64,000 nt of DNA from an uncultured virus (IMG/VR IMGVR_UViG_3300034071_002938) (IMGVR_UViG_3300034071_002938); one strand, 5' to 3'. Positions 54,639 through 63,152 are shown, counted from the stretch's first letter. Notes: generated by a model not told the origin, from the letters alone. A program made the numbers and translations.

Positions 54639-55122
54639 AACCTATCCTGTTGAGACTTACGACCCAGAGAGCGGAACAACCTGGACTAGCTACCGCCTTG
54701 CAGACCGTTATGAACTCAGGCCCATCCTGCTGAGCCTGGACCCCTGCCCAGAGGCCGCAAGTTGGATGGGACGGTGTCTGACTGGTCTGACGGTCTCCGA
54801 GGCTGTGAAGGCCTGTCCATTCAGCTCCTGGCTGTTGTTCGTGATTCGCTGGCTTCCTGGTACAGCGGCAATCGAGATGACAAAGGAGTACGTCTTGTTC
54901 GAGGAGGCCACCTTCAGGCCTACCTCTGATCAGACCCACAAGCAGGCGTACGAAGCCAAGCAGGGCGTGATCAGGAAGTTCTTCGATGCAGACAGGGTTG
55001 CCCGGTTGGAGCGCATGCTGATCAAGTGTGCCGACGAACATCTAGAAGTGGAGCATGTATGGGTGGACGAAGCGAAGACGGTCTGGGTACGCCACCGGGT
55101 GAAACAGATCTCGAGAGACTGA
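54625..55122 (+). CDS. Hypothetical protein (LxPIL family)
   Basis: ELRPILLSLDPCPEAASWM...EAV..C...SWL. Confidence 0.55.
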   Translation: MSLPKTYPVETYDPESGTTWTSYRLADRYELRPILLSLDPCPEAASWMGRCLTGLTVSEAVKACPFSSWLLFVIRWLPGTAAIEMTKEYVLFEEATFRPTSDQTHKQAYEAKQGVIRKFFDADRVARLERMLIKCADEHLEVEHVWVDEAKTVWVRHRVKQISRD

Positions 55123-55367
55123 TTGATGTGTGCTTCACGCTCAAGGAGCGGAAGTTCGAAGCGAGAGGGGACTTGATCGAGGATATCGTCCGCGAAGTGA
55201 AAGCAGACGTTGAACGCGCGGTTACGTGCCCGGAGTGGAAGAACCTCAAAGCCCATACCGAGGATGAGAGCTTTGAGAGGACCATCAGACTGGTCGTGTG
55301 CTCGTTGATCGAATCAAGGGCTCGGCGTGAGAGACTCGGGGCTCTCTTCAGGAGGTATGGGATATGA
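55059..55367 (+). CDS. Hypothetical protein (start uncertain)
   Basis: Fills the gap; ATGA-coupled to next gene. Confidence 0.4.
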   Translation: MGGRSEDGLGTPPGETDLERLIDVCFTLKERKFEARGDLIEDIVREVKADVERAVTCPEWKNLKAHTEDESFERTIRLVVCSLIESRARRERLGALFRRYGI

Positions 55368-55945
55368 GTGATGCGACGAAGGTGTTTGAGGAGACTCGAG
55401 CGATGCGCGCACGGGCAAATGCAGCCGTACTTCCGGCATGTTCTTGTGATGCATTCGCGGATGATCCATGCCCGGTTCACGCGGATGAGAACCGAGAGCA
55501 GGATGAGAGGATACGGAAGGAAACCAATACTCGACTCGCCCAAGGCCAGGCCAAACCAGCTCACGACTTCCCGGACACTGTTGAGGTGTTCGGGGTTCGT
55601 TTTACCGCGGAGAAGCCTGCTGAGTGGTACTACCCGACACACGGGAAGCGTGATTACTCGTCGGGCGCCATTCGACTCATCTGCAACTACAACAGCATGC
55701 CCACTGTACGTGGAAGCCATAAACCTAGTGAGTGGGTAGCTTGGGTCGCATGGTACGCCTTATCAACGATCGGAGGCGAAAGCAAGCCCACACCAGAAGA
55801 GGCGCTGCTTAGCGCCCGCAAGTGGATGGAAGACAACCTAGCCTCCGCTCGTGTCCGCGCTGAGGAAGCACAGCTTGTAGTCACGTCAGCAACTGAACAT
55901 CTCTCGAAGTTCGACTTCTGCATCACCGGAAAGACAGGACAATGA
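55364..55945 (+). CDS. Hypothetical protein (G..F / TPEEA family)
   Basis: AGGAGG SD; DTVEVFGVRF...W.AW...TPEEAL. Confidence 0.6.
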   Translation: MSDATKVFEETRAMRARANAAVLPACSCDAFADDPCPVHADENREQDERIRKETNTRLAQGQAKPAHDFPDTVEVFGVRFTAEKPAEWYYPTHGKRDYSSGAIRLICNYNSMPTVRGSHKPSEWVAWVAWYALSTIGGESKPTPEEALLSARKWMEDNLASARVRAEEAQLVVTSATEHLSKFDFCITGKTGQ

Positions 55946-56574
55946 ACGACACCGCACACTACAGACAAACTCTCACCGGACAGGAACTCGTTGATCGCAC
56001 GGTCGCCCTGATTGGTGTTGTCTTCACCACCATGGATCCGTTCTACCGTGTGACGAAGGCATCGATTGGAGAGATCCTCGACGACATCAAGCCGCGCGTC
56101 GTGCGCGCAGCCGAGGACTTCGAGGAGATCAGGGAGTACACAGCAGGACACAGCTACAATATCACTGCGCGAACTGTGGTAGTGGCGCTGATCAGTGCTC
56201 GAGTCCAGCGGAAGGAGATGGAAGAGTGCATGAACCAGGCCGATGCACGACGCATCCCGTTCTTGGTCAGCCGAAGTGCGGCTCTTGAGTTCCTCCGAGT
56301 TCCAACAAACAGGAGCCTTCGCAACTATGAGCTTGAGGAAGGTCTTGAGAGATCTTTCCCGGTCTCGTCAGAGCTGACGTGGGTGATCTCAGACTGGTGC
56401 CCATACAACGGAGTTCACTGCACCTACTTCAACTACGCTCCGCGTGGAGTTCTCGAGGAGACCCTCACCAGTATCAGGGAGCGAGATCCTGTTGGCGCCG
56501 CCATGATTGAGAAGGAACTGGCGAAACCAGAGAGCAGCACAGAGCGCACGTTTGGGCGTGGGTGGGGTGGTTGA
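55942..56574 (+). CDS. Hypothetical protein
   Basis: ATGA coupling. Confidence 0.6.
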   Translation: MNDTAHYRQTLTGQELVDRTVALIGVVFTTMDPFYRVTKASIGEILDDIKPRVVRAAEDFEEIREYTAGHSYNITARTVVVALISARVQRKEMEECMNQADARRIPFLVSRSAALEFLRVPTNRSLRNYELEEGLERSFPVSSELTWVISDWCPYNGVHCTYFNYAPRGVLEETLTSIRERDPVGAAMIEKELAKPESSTERTFGRGWGG

Positions 56575-56644
56575 CACCGGTTTCTGGGGAGGACATAGAT
56601 ATGACCTCCCTGATAAGAGTGGTTGGCTATCCGTAGCTGATCAG

Positions 56645-56685
56645 GAGGCCCTGAGTGGTTCGAGCCGCTCAGGGCTTCTTCTTTT
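56645..56685 (+). terminator. Intrinsic terminator
   Basis: GAGGCCCTGAGTGG/CCGCTCAGGGCTTC stem followed by TTCTTTT. Confidence 0.75.
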
Positions 56686-56694
56686 GGAGGGTGA

Positions 56695-57120
56695 ATGAGC
56701 GATGACATCGTCGATCCAACAGGCGTGAACAGAGACATAGCTTGCATCGAGAAGGCCACGGCACTATTTGCCTTGCGTCCAGTCGATCGGGAATATGCGA
56801 TCATTGCCTTTGAGGGCTTGCTCTCGCCTACCGAGAGCTACGTCGTGCCATACGGGCGGGCGGCTCTGCATGTATCTGGGCATGTCCGGAAGAACCCAAA
56901 GGATAGAGACGAGAATACAAGGTACATGTTTCAAGGCTCCTTCTCTTCGATCGATGACTCAGGCCTGACCTTCCATGGTCCACAAGAGAACGAGGCCAGT
57001 GCCACGAGGCGGTACCATGCCTTTGAGTCGTTCATCCGAGAACGGCATCCAATGATGCCCACACTCGAGCAGGTTGAGGAGTGGGGCAAGCGGCATGGTG
57101 TGTACCCGGATCTGTGGTGA
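56695..57120 (+). CDS. Hypothetical protein
   Basis: GGAGG SD. Confidence 0.6.
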   Translation: MSDDIVDPTGVNRDIACIEKATALFALRPVDREYAIIAFEGLLSPTESYVVPYGRAALHVSGHVRKNPKDRDENTRYMFQGSFSSIDDSGLTFHGPQENEASATRRYHAFESFIRERHPMMPTLEQVEEWGKRHGVYPDLW

Positions 57121-57134
57121 AGATCGGAGGACAG

Positions 57135-57809
57135 ATGAGTGACGAGGACGATGACGTTGACTACCACTACAACCCAAGCCTGGGCGAGAGGATACGGGAG
57201 AACGATAGGCGGGTAGCTGCTGAAGCTGTGATGAGTTACGCCGAGCAGAAGCGATGTATGGGCTGCCCTGCCAAGGGGGTTGCTCGGATACACGGGTTGC
57301 AGATCGGAAAGTCTGGATTGCTCTGCATGGATTGCTTCAATAAGTCGCGGAAGCCGCCACCCGTGATGCCTGCTGCGCCCGCAGAAACGGTAGAGATCTA
57401 CACGGTGAAGACATCGCGGGAAGATCGTCCTGTGCGCCATCCATGCACAACAGCAGGGTTCGTATCGGAGTTGTTCGATAGCGAAGGCGAGAGCGTATAC
57501 GTCGCCACGGGCACAGATGCATCCGAGGCACTTGAAGTACTTGCCTATCTCATCGACCGAGATCGCTTCATCACCCACGTCGCCAAGACAAAAGCACGGG
57601 CAGCCGCAGTGGCCAAGGCGCGGCTAGAAGAGGCAGCAGCGCGTAATGCTCCGCCGCCGATGGGCTTGTTCACTGTGGCTCTCTACGATTCAGAGGGGTG
57701 CATCAAGTTGTACAACGCCGTTGCGGAGACGCGGGAGCAGGCCGAAGCGAAAGCACTCGCATACTACAGATCGGTTTGGCCCGATCGCGTCTACACTGTG
57801 GGTACATGA
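57135..57809 (+). CDS. Hypothetical protein with CxxC..CxxC finger
   Basis: GGAGG SD; CMGC, CMDC. Confidence 0.6.
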   Translation: MSDEDDDVDYHYNPSLGERIRENDRRVAAEAVMSYAEQKRCMGCPAKGVARIHGLQIGKSGLLCMDCFNKSRKPPPVMPAAPAETVEIYTVKTSREDRPVRHPCTTAGFVSELFDSEGESVYVATGTDASEALEVLAYLIDRDRFITHVAKTKARAAAVAKARLEEAAARNAPPPMGLFTVALYDSEGCIKLYNAVAETREQAEAKALAYYRSVWPDRVYTVGT

Positions 57810-58513
57810 CAACCAAGGAGAGAAGAATGGCCAGAGCTAAGAGGATCCTGATTCGTAAGATCGAGGGCGACACCATCACTGCTGGTGGTATGGCGTTCCA
57901 GCGCGTTCGGAAAGCAGCAACGGATGAGTTCGTGTGCGGACCATTTCGTCTCAGCTATCTGTTCGATGAAGACGACCCGGAGTGGGCGGTCTACGGCCAC
58001 GACACTGAAGCTCGTGGTGTCACCGCAGAAAGCGCCCTTGGACGACTGAAGTCACAGCTCAGCGTGGATCTCTTGAAGTGCTCCGAAGAGTTCAGCCGCC
58101 GTAAGGTGAACCTGCTTCAGAGCAAGAGGCGTGTGAACAACCTCCTTCGACGACTCGCTGGTGTCGACACCATCAGAGATCTCCAAGCAGAAGAGGAGAC
58201 GTTCACTGTTTGTGGGCTTCAGTTCACGAGGATCGCGGACAACAAGTGGAGTTCGGGCCCGGAGGGTGTTGGTCAGATCATTCTCAGCTATACACCGCAG
58301 CACTATTCTAGCTGGACGGCTAAGCTGATCACCAGCGACCCTGGCTACTGGGCGTACCAGAACAGTTCGGGAGAGAATGCCGAAGCTGCGATGCGCGCCC
58401 TGCAAGCTCACCTTCGACGAGAAGTTCGCCGAGCAACAGCCGCTCAGACAAAGGCTCAGAACAATCTCGTTAGGCTCAAGTCGCTTCTGACTGCTGTCAG
58501 TCCTTCAGCTTGA
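57806..58513 (+). CDS. Hypothetical protein with tandem duplicated domain (G..F.R family)
   Basis: DTITAGGMAFQR...W..GVTAESAL and ETFTVCGLQFTR...W.A..GENAEAAM; alternative start at 57827. Confidence 0.65.
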   Translation: MTTKERRMARAKRILIRKIEGDTITAGGMAFQRVRKAATDEFVCGPFRLSYLFDEDDPEWAVYGHDTEARGVTAESALGRLKSQLSVDLLKCSEEFSRRKVNLLQSKRRVNNLLRRLAGVDTIRDLQAEEETFTVCGLQFTRIADNKWSSGPEGVGQIILSYTPQHYSSWTAKLITSDPGYWAYQNSSGENAEAAMRALQAHLRREVRRATAAQTKAQNNLVRLKSLLTAVSPSA

Positions 58514-58524
58514 TCACACAACCA

Positions 58525-58561
58525 GGATCCACCGGCTCAGGTCGGTGGGTCTTTTCTTTTT
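58525..58561 (+). terminator. Intrinsic terminator
   Basis: GGATCCACCGGC/GTCGGTGGGTCT stem followed by a U-tract. Confidence 0.7.
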
Positions 58562-58570
58562 GAGGTACTC

Positions 58571-59278
58571 ATGCGTGCGCGTCTAATCGAGTTCACAAAC
58601 AGCGGAAGCAAGTTCACGGCAAGGATCGCTCTACCACGGGGCTATGGGACGAAACAGGTAACCTTTGTCGTCAGTTCGGGAAACCGGACTGCCTATCGCA
58701 TCATCGATCAAAAGAAGGAACCCTTGACGAGAGCCCAGCTAGTGGAGGTTGGTGAAGCCCTTAGGCATGTAACCGAGGCTTCAGCGGCAAGCTACGAGGG
58801 TCATTACATCTCGATCTCAGCTGCCCTACTCGGCGTCAAGACTCAGGTCACCAACGAGTATTGGTACAGCGAGAGGTTCAAGCACCTCGACAATCCCGGA
58901 GTCGTTGCATCCTTCTTCGACGATTGCTTTATCAGTTCTGCTCTGGATGAGAAGGACACCCGGCTGCTTCCCGCCACACTGATCAAGACGGAGACTGGCG
59001 TCATTGGCTATCGAGTGCGCAAGGCTGACATCGTCCAGTACGAGCACTCCTTCATGGCCATCCCGCTCAACAGCATTGTGAAGCTTCTCTTGGCTGCGAA
59101 CTTGGCTGAGTCGCCCTCGAGGAAGTTCGACCTGGTCGTTGTCCCGAACTGGCTCTGCACAGTCTTGTATTCCTTGCAGGAAGACGGCTTGCCTGGAACC
59201 TTCCAACCCAAGATCGCCGAGTTCCGGGTTGTCTCCGGTGTCAACAGCGAACTCATCTACCTGACTACAGCAGCATAG
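58571..59278 (+). CDS. Hypothetical protein (C-terminal part paralogous to 60292-60789)
   Basis: GAGG SD; LVVVPNWL..VL...P.I..F.V....IYL. Confidence 0.6.
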   Translation: MRARLIEFTNSGSKFTARIALPRGYGTKQVTFVVSSGNRTAYRIIDQKKEPLTRAQLVEVGEALRHVTEASAASYEGHYISISAALLGVKTQVTNEYWYSERFKHLDNPGVVASFFDDCFISSALDEKDTRLLPATLIKTETGVIGYRVRKADIVQYEHSFMAIPLNSIVKLLLAANLAESPSRKFDLVVVPNWLCTVLYSLQEDGLPGTFQPKIAEFRVVSGVNSELIYLTTAA

Positions 59279-59286
59279 GATCAGTC

Positions 59287-59805
59287 ATGTGGGGATCCCT
59301 CAATACCAAACAGCATGCGATCGTCGCGTCCTACGTGGCGGGCAAGACAGTTCACGACCTCGGGGCCGGAGACCTCAAGCTCTCTAAGATCCTCGCGGAT
59401 ATGGGTGCTGACGTTGTGGCGGTAGAGCCGAATACAGAATGCTTCCCAGCGCAGCTCCCCAAAAACATCAAGATCGTTCCGTCGTACTTCAACAACTTCA
59501 GGGGCCCTGTCGATATGGCCTTCATGTCCTGGCCATCCACGCACACCACTGGTGTTGACCGGATCGTGAAGAAGTCTCGGATCGTCATTTACCTCGGCAC
59601 GAACATGAACGGGACGGCTTGCGGCTATCTCGAACTCTGGGACATGCTGTGCAAGCGGGAGATCCTGGACATCTCCGTGGATCGTAAGAACACGCTGATT
59701 GTCTACGGGCCACAGGCGGTCAAGCGAGATCCAGTTCCTGAAGAGCAAGGTGGGCGCTGTCGCGATATCATGTGGTTCGACACCTCGTACCCGGAGCACA
59801 GATGA
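59287..59805 (+). CDS. Class I SAM-dependent methyltransferase-like protein
   Basis: VHDLGAG, VVAVE, AFMSWP, VIYLG.N..GT.CG. Confidence 0.7.
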   Translation: MWGSLNTKQHAIVASYVAGKTVHDLGAGDLKLSKILADMGADVVAVEPNTECFPAQLPKNIKIVPSYFNNFRGPVDMAFMSWPSTHTTGVDRIVKKSRIVIYLGTNMNGTACGYLELWDMLCKREILDISVDRKNTLIVYGPQAVKRDPVPEEQGGRCRDIMWFDTSYPEHR

Positions 59806-60098
59806 CAGAGTCGATCGAGTTCCTTGGCAAGACAATGGAGCGGATCGGGCCTAGACCTGATGATGATGCGTTCGGCATCATGTATGACGGCGGTCCTGAC
59901 ATCTTCGTGACAGACGGTACGGCTGCGATCTATGGGGGCGGTCTCTGGCACGCCACTGTGGCGCATGGCCAGGCTACTCTGGTGATCAAGGAGCCAACCC
60001 TCAAGGCCCTCGAAGAGACCACGGAAAGACATCGCCAGCGTGGGTACATAATGGGCGTGATCTACATCGGACCGACTGAGGAGACATCATGCGAGTGA
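59802..60098 (+). CDS. Hypothetical protein (G..F.R-like family)
   Basis: ESIEFLGKTMER...WHA. Confidence 0.55.
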   Translation: MTESIEFLGKTMERIGPRPDDDAFGIMYDGGPDIFVTDGTAAIYGGGLWHATVAHGQATLVIKEPTLKALEETTERHRQRGYIMGVIYIGPTEETSCE

Positions 60099-60295
60099 AG
60101 ATCGTTCCGAGTTCTGTGTTGAGCAGCTCTGACCTCAGGGCATCGAAGTACGTTGTGAATCCCAAGCGAGCATCGCAAGAACTCGTTCGCAAGTGGAGCG
60201 CTGAGTTCGGAGGAGTCGCCTCCATGAGCAGTCCTGCTGGCAAGAGGCTGGCAGAGTTGGTAGAGATCGAGATACGAAAGGCAATCAACAAATGA
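60089..60295 (+). CDS. Small hypothetical protein
   Basis: GAGGAG SD. Confidence 0.55.
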   Translation: MRVKIVPSSVLSSSDLRASKYVVNPKRASQELVRKWSAEFGGVASMSSPAGKRLAELVEIEIRKAINK

Positions 60296-60789
60296 GTGAT
60301 CAAGCAAGCAAACTGATGATGGAGCGCGCTATATTCGAGGGCACGGCACCTCCGCAGACCTACGATCAGTACGAGTCGCAGCTTCGGCGCAAGAAGACTC
60401 AGGCGGAGATCCTCTCTTACTACCTTCCGCGGCCCATGATCCTGATGGCCGGTGGTATTGAGATGCGCCCGCCCGACTTGATCAAAGTGGGCAACACGCC
60501 GGTGTACCCATACAAGACGAGCAACGTGATGGGTGCGCTCGGTGGCGACTCAAGCAGGGCCCTACCAGCTGTTGTTGGTCTTCTTCTCGAGGCCATGAAT
60601 GCGACCTTCGACGACATCCACCTGATAGCGGTCCCAGAGTGGCTCTACCGAGTTCTCAAGACCGTCCAGTACCCCTATCTCTCGGACAGTCCTGAACCTG
60701 TTATCCTCGGCTACAAGCTCAACATCAGCGCTACCGACACGATACACCTCGTGCTCAAGAGAGATCTGCCTGCTTCGGACGAGCCATGA
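60292..60789 (+). CDS. Hypothetical protein (paralog of the 58571 C-terminus)
   Basis: LIAVPEWL..VL...P.ILGY.L....IHL. Confidence 0.6.
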   Translation: MSDQASKLMMERAIFEGTAPPQTYDQYESQLRRKKTQAEILSYYLPRPMILMAGGIEMRPPDLIKVGNTPVYPYKTSNVMGALGGDSSRALPAVVGLLLEAMNATFDDIHLIAVPEWLYRVLKTVQYPYLSDSPEPVILGYKLNISATDTIHLVLKRDLPASDEP

Positions 60790-60983
60790 TCGACGCATTT
60801 GGGAACGCCGTTACGTTCCTCTACTGCATCTACGCAGTAGCCTGGATCGGATACACCTACCGAGCCCAGCGGGAACGCACCCGCCTCAGGAAGCTCGATC
60901 AGGAGGCTGACCGGAGCAGGATCACAAACAAGCTGCTCATGCGTAGGGGCGCGGTTGACCGCAACGTAGGGAATGGCGCATGA
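60786..60983 (+). CDS. Small membrane protein
   Basis: ATGA coupling; N-terminal hydrophobic helix then basic tail. Confidence 0.55.
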   Translation: MIDAFGNAVTFLYCIYAVAWIGYTYRAQRERTRLRKLDQEADRSRITNKLLMRRGAVDRNVGNGA

Positions 60984-61004
60984 ACTGCGCATAGAGGAGA
61001 GGTC

Positions 61005-61253
61005 ATGAAGCCGCGACGGTTACAGGTACGGATAATCGATCGAGGTGATAGGTTCACCGCGCTGATCTGTCGCGCTGATACACCAGCGTCGATGCAGGAG
61101 CTATTTGCCCTTGCATCGACGTCTGGTCGGACCGAACATCAAGCCAAATCTTTGCTTGCTCGTCTAGCAGCAGGCCTAACCAAGAACCTTCGGGAGATCA
61201 CGAATGACGACAAAGCGACCCATCGTAGTAGGAAACGCCGCAAAGGTCGGTAG
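61005..61253 (+). CDS. Small basic hypothetical protein
   Basis: GAGGAGAGG SD; SGRTE.QA motif. Confidence 0.5.
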   Translation: MKPRRLQVRIIDRGDRFTALICRADTPASMQELFALASTSGRTEHQAKSLLARLAAGLTKNLREITNDDKATHRSRKRRKGR

Positions 61254-62172
61254 ATCAGCACTTGCCTCGTACAGTCAGGGTATTGCGCAGCGCGCCGAGC
61301 AGTCACGCAAGGAAAAGCCGAAGCTCGGCAACATCGCTCAAGCCAATGCAGGCTACAACCCCTTGAAGGACGCACCTGCTACCCTCGGCCAGATGTTCAA
61401 TGCACAGAACGCCGTTGAACAGTCGCAGCAACCTGAGGGCGGATTCTCACCACAGACGATCGCCACCCTCAAGGCTGTTCGCGATGCCTCTGAAACTGCA
61501 AGAGCGGCTAAGGCCGCACAGAAGGAAGCCATGCAAGAGACTGCTGAGACAGCCAAGCCAGAGATCAAGACGGAACCCAAAGTTGAGCCCAAGCTCGAGA
61601 GCAAGGCGGAGCGTGACAAGACCGCGGCCGCGCTTGAGAACATGGATGACTTCGAGCTGGAACGCATCATGCGGGGCATCCAGAACGATGTGATCAACAA
61701 CACGCGCGAACGAGAGCACGTCGACAACATTGCGAACGGCCGCATCAACGAGATCGACTTCGCTGCCGGTGTTGCCAGTGGTGAGTTCAAGCAGATCGTC
61801 GATGTCGTGCCGGGTAGGCTGAAGGTCCACTACAGGACGATCACCTCCGCGGAGAACCAGGGCATCCGCCAGCTGATCTACAAGATGGTCCAACAGGATC
61901 CTACGCTGGACAAGCTGTCTGCGGAGATCTTCGGTCTTGCGCTTCTTGTGGCCAGTGTGACGCAGATCGGATCCAAGGCATACCCAGACCACTTGAAGCG
62001 AACGTCTTCGACCACGTTCGGTGCTGAGTTCGATGAGACTGTGTTCCGCGCGAAGTACCGCGAGTTCTCCTACATGCCTCAGCCACTCCTGCACAGCATT
62101 GGAGTCCACGGTCAGTGGTTCGATCTTCGAGTCCGCTCGCTGTTCACGGTCGACTTCGCAAAAAATGGGTGA
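61204..62172 (+). CDS. Putative tail assembly chaperone (gpG-like)
   Basis: V.YRTIT..E...I motif; ends ...FAKNG-stop over the slippery heptamer A AAA AAT. Confidence 0.55.
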   Translation: MTTKRPIVVGNAAKVGRSALASYSQGIAQRAEQSRKEKPKLGNIAQANAGYNPLKDAPATLGQMFNAQNAVEQSQQPEGGFSPQTIATLKAVRDASETARAAKAAQKEAMQETAETAKPEIKTEPKVEPKLESKAERDKTAAALENMDDFELERIMRGIQNDVINNTREREHVDNIANGRINEIDFAAGVASGEFKQIVDVVPGRLKVHYRTITSAENQGIRQLIYKMVQQDPTLDKLSAEIFGLALLVASVTQIGSKAYPDHLKRTSSTTFGAEFDETVFRAKYREFSYMPQPLLHSIGVHGQWFDLRVRSLFTVDFAKNG

Positions 62173-62194
62173 AGTCTCCAATAGGCTGGGGGCT
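62160..62194 (+). promoter_or_regulatory. Predicted programmed -1 ribosomal frameshift signal
   Basis: A AAA AAT heptamer (62160-62166), 6-nt spacer, hairpin AGTCTCCA/TGGGGGCT; -1 frame open to 62594. Confidence 0.65.
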
Positions 62195-62594
62195 CGCGAA
62201 CATGTGGTACGACAAGTTCGTTGGGATCCCTCCACGCGGAAGCCTATTGGAGATGGTGTTCGTTCTGGTTCACATCGAACGGCACCAAACCAGTCTCTTG
62301 CAGACTCGAGCCACGGTTCAGTCGATCATTGGTCTGCACGAGAAACGCGAAACACAGGATCCTGCGATCAAGGCATTTGCGGCCTACGCCGAGAAGATGT
62401 TCCCCTTCTTGGAGAAAGCAGGAAAGGTCGAAGAGGACGAGCAGTACAAGCGCCTTCGAGACTTTACCAAACACGCAGCAAGGATCGACCTACGTCCCGT
62501 CTATCAGGCCAAGGCAGATGCAGCCAAGCAGGCAGCCCAGGCATCGAATAGAAGGAACTTCAGGCTACGACCCAAGCTACCAGGAACTGTTTGA
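62166..62594 (+). CDS. -1 frame extension (gpGT-like C-terminal part)
   Basis: Open -1 frame WVKSPIGW...; no convincing SD before its first ATG; ends at a terminator. Confidence 0.55.
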   Translation, partial: WVKSPIGWGLANMWYDKFVGIPPRGSLLEMVFVLVHIERHQTSLLQTRATVQSIIGLHEKRETQDPAIKAFAAYAEKMFPFLEKAGKVEEDEQYKRLRDFTKHAARIDLRPVYQAKADAAKQAAQASNRRNFRLRPKLPGTV

Positions 62595-62622
62595 GAGAGC
62601 GCTTCGGCGCTCTTTCTTTTTT
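62593..62622 (+). terminator. Intrinsic terminator directly followed by CCTATAAG motif (62626-62633)
   Basis: GAGAGAGCGC-TTCG-GCGCTCTTTC followed by TTTTTT. Confidence 0.8.
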
Positions 62623-62648
62623 GCACCTATAAGCCATTGGAGGAACTA

Positions 62649-63152
62649 ATGAGCATATTCGATCGACCAAGCAAAGTACTTCGGGATGAGGTGAAGTCGG
62701 ACTGGCGTGACTTCCACAGCAACTCAACTCTCTGGGCGGCCCTGGCCAACAAGTACGCCAGGTACATCCAGGAACTCAAAGAACATCTCGAGGCGGCCAA
62801 GACACCGGAGATCCGACTGATGATCGAAAGTGTGATCTTCGATTACACCAGGATCCAGCAGCTGCTCAGCTCGCACTCCACACAAACTTTCGGCGGGGAA
62901 CTACTCGAGGATATGCCACGGCTGAAGAAGGCACTTCAGAAGACACTCGATCAGTCAGAGTCAGCGGAGGCATCAAGAAAGAAGCGCGGCCTACCCGTGA
63001 TCAAGACCTGCGCTGACTGCGCACACATGAGGGAGCGCGAGGCCTCTTACTTCTGTGAGTGGACGGGGCATATCACGGCGGTGCGCCTCTACTCCAACGG
63101 GAATCAACCACCACGACCACCGACAGAATGCCCACTTAGGAACGATCAATGA
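62649..63152 (+). CDS. Hypothetical protein with C-terminal Cys cluster
   Basis: Motif and GGAGG leader; CADC..C...P..CPL. Confidence 0.65.
   Translation: MSIFDRPSKVLRDEVKSDWRDFHSNSTLWAALANKYARYIQELKEHLEAAKTPEIRLMIESVIFDYTRIQQLLSSHSTQTFGGELLEDMPRLKKALQKTLDQSESAEASRKKRGLPVIKTCADCAHMREREASYFCEWTGHITAVRLYSNGNQPPRPPTECPLRNDQ

Noticed and set aside
56651..56675. GGTTCGAGCC resembling a tRNA T-loop
   Set aside because: It is the loop of a long terminator hairpin; no cloverleaf forms. No tRNA gene was recognised anywhere in the window.
186..62235. Many long antisense or alternate-frame ORFs (e.g. 2193-3077, 3681-4562, 6885-7667, 12799-13602, 61447-62235)
   Set aside because: They shadow well-supported genes, lack SD sites and recognisable motifs, and are expected from biased codon usage in GC-rich DNA.
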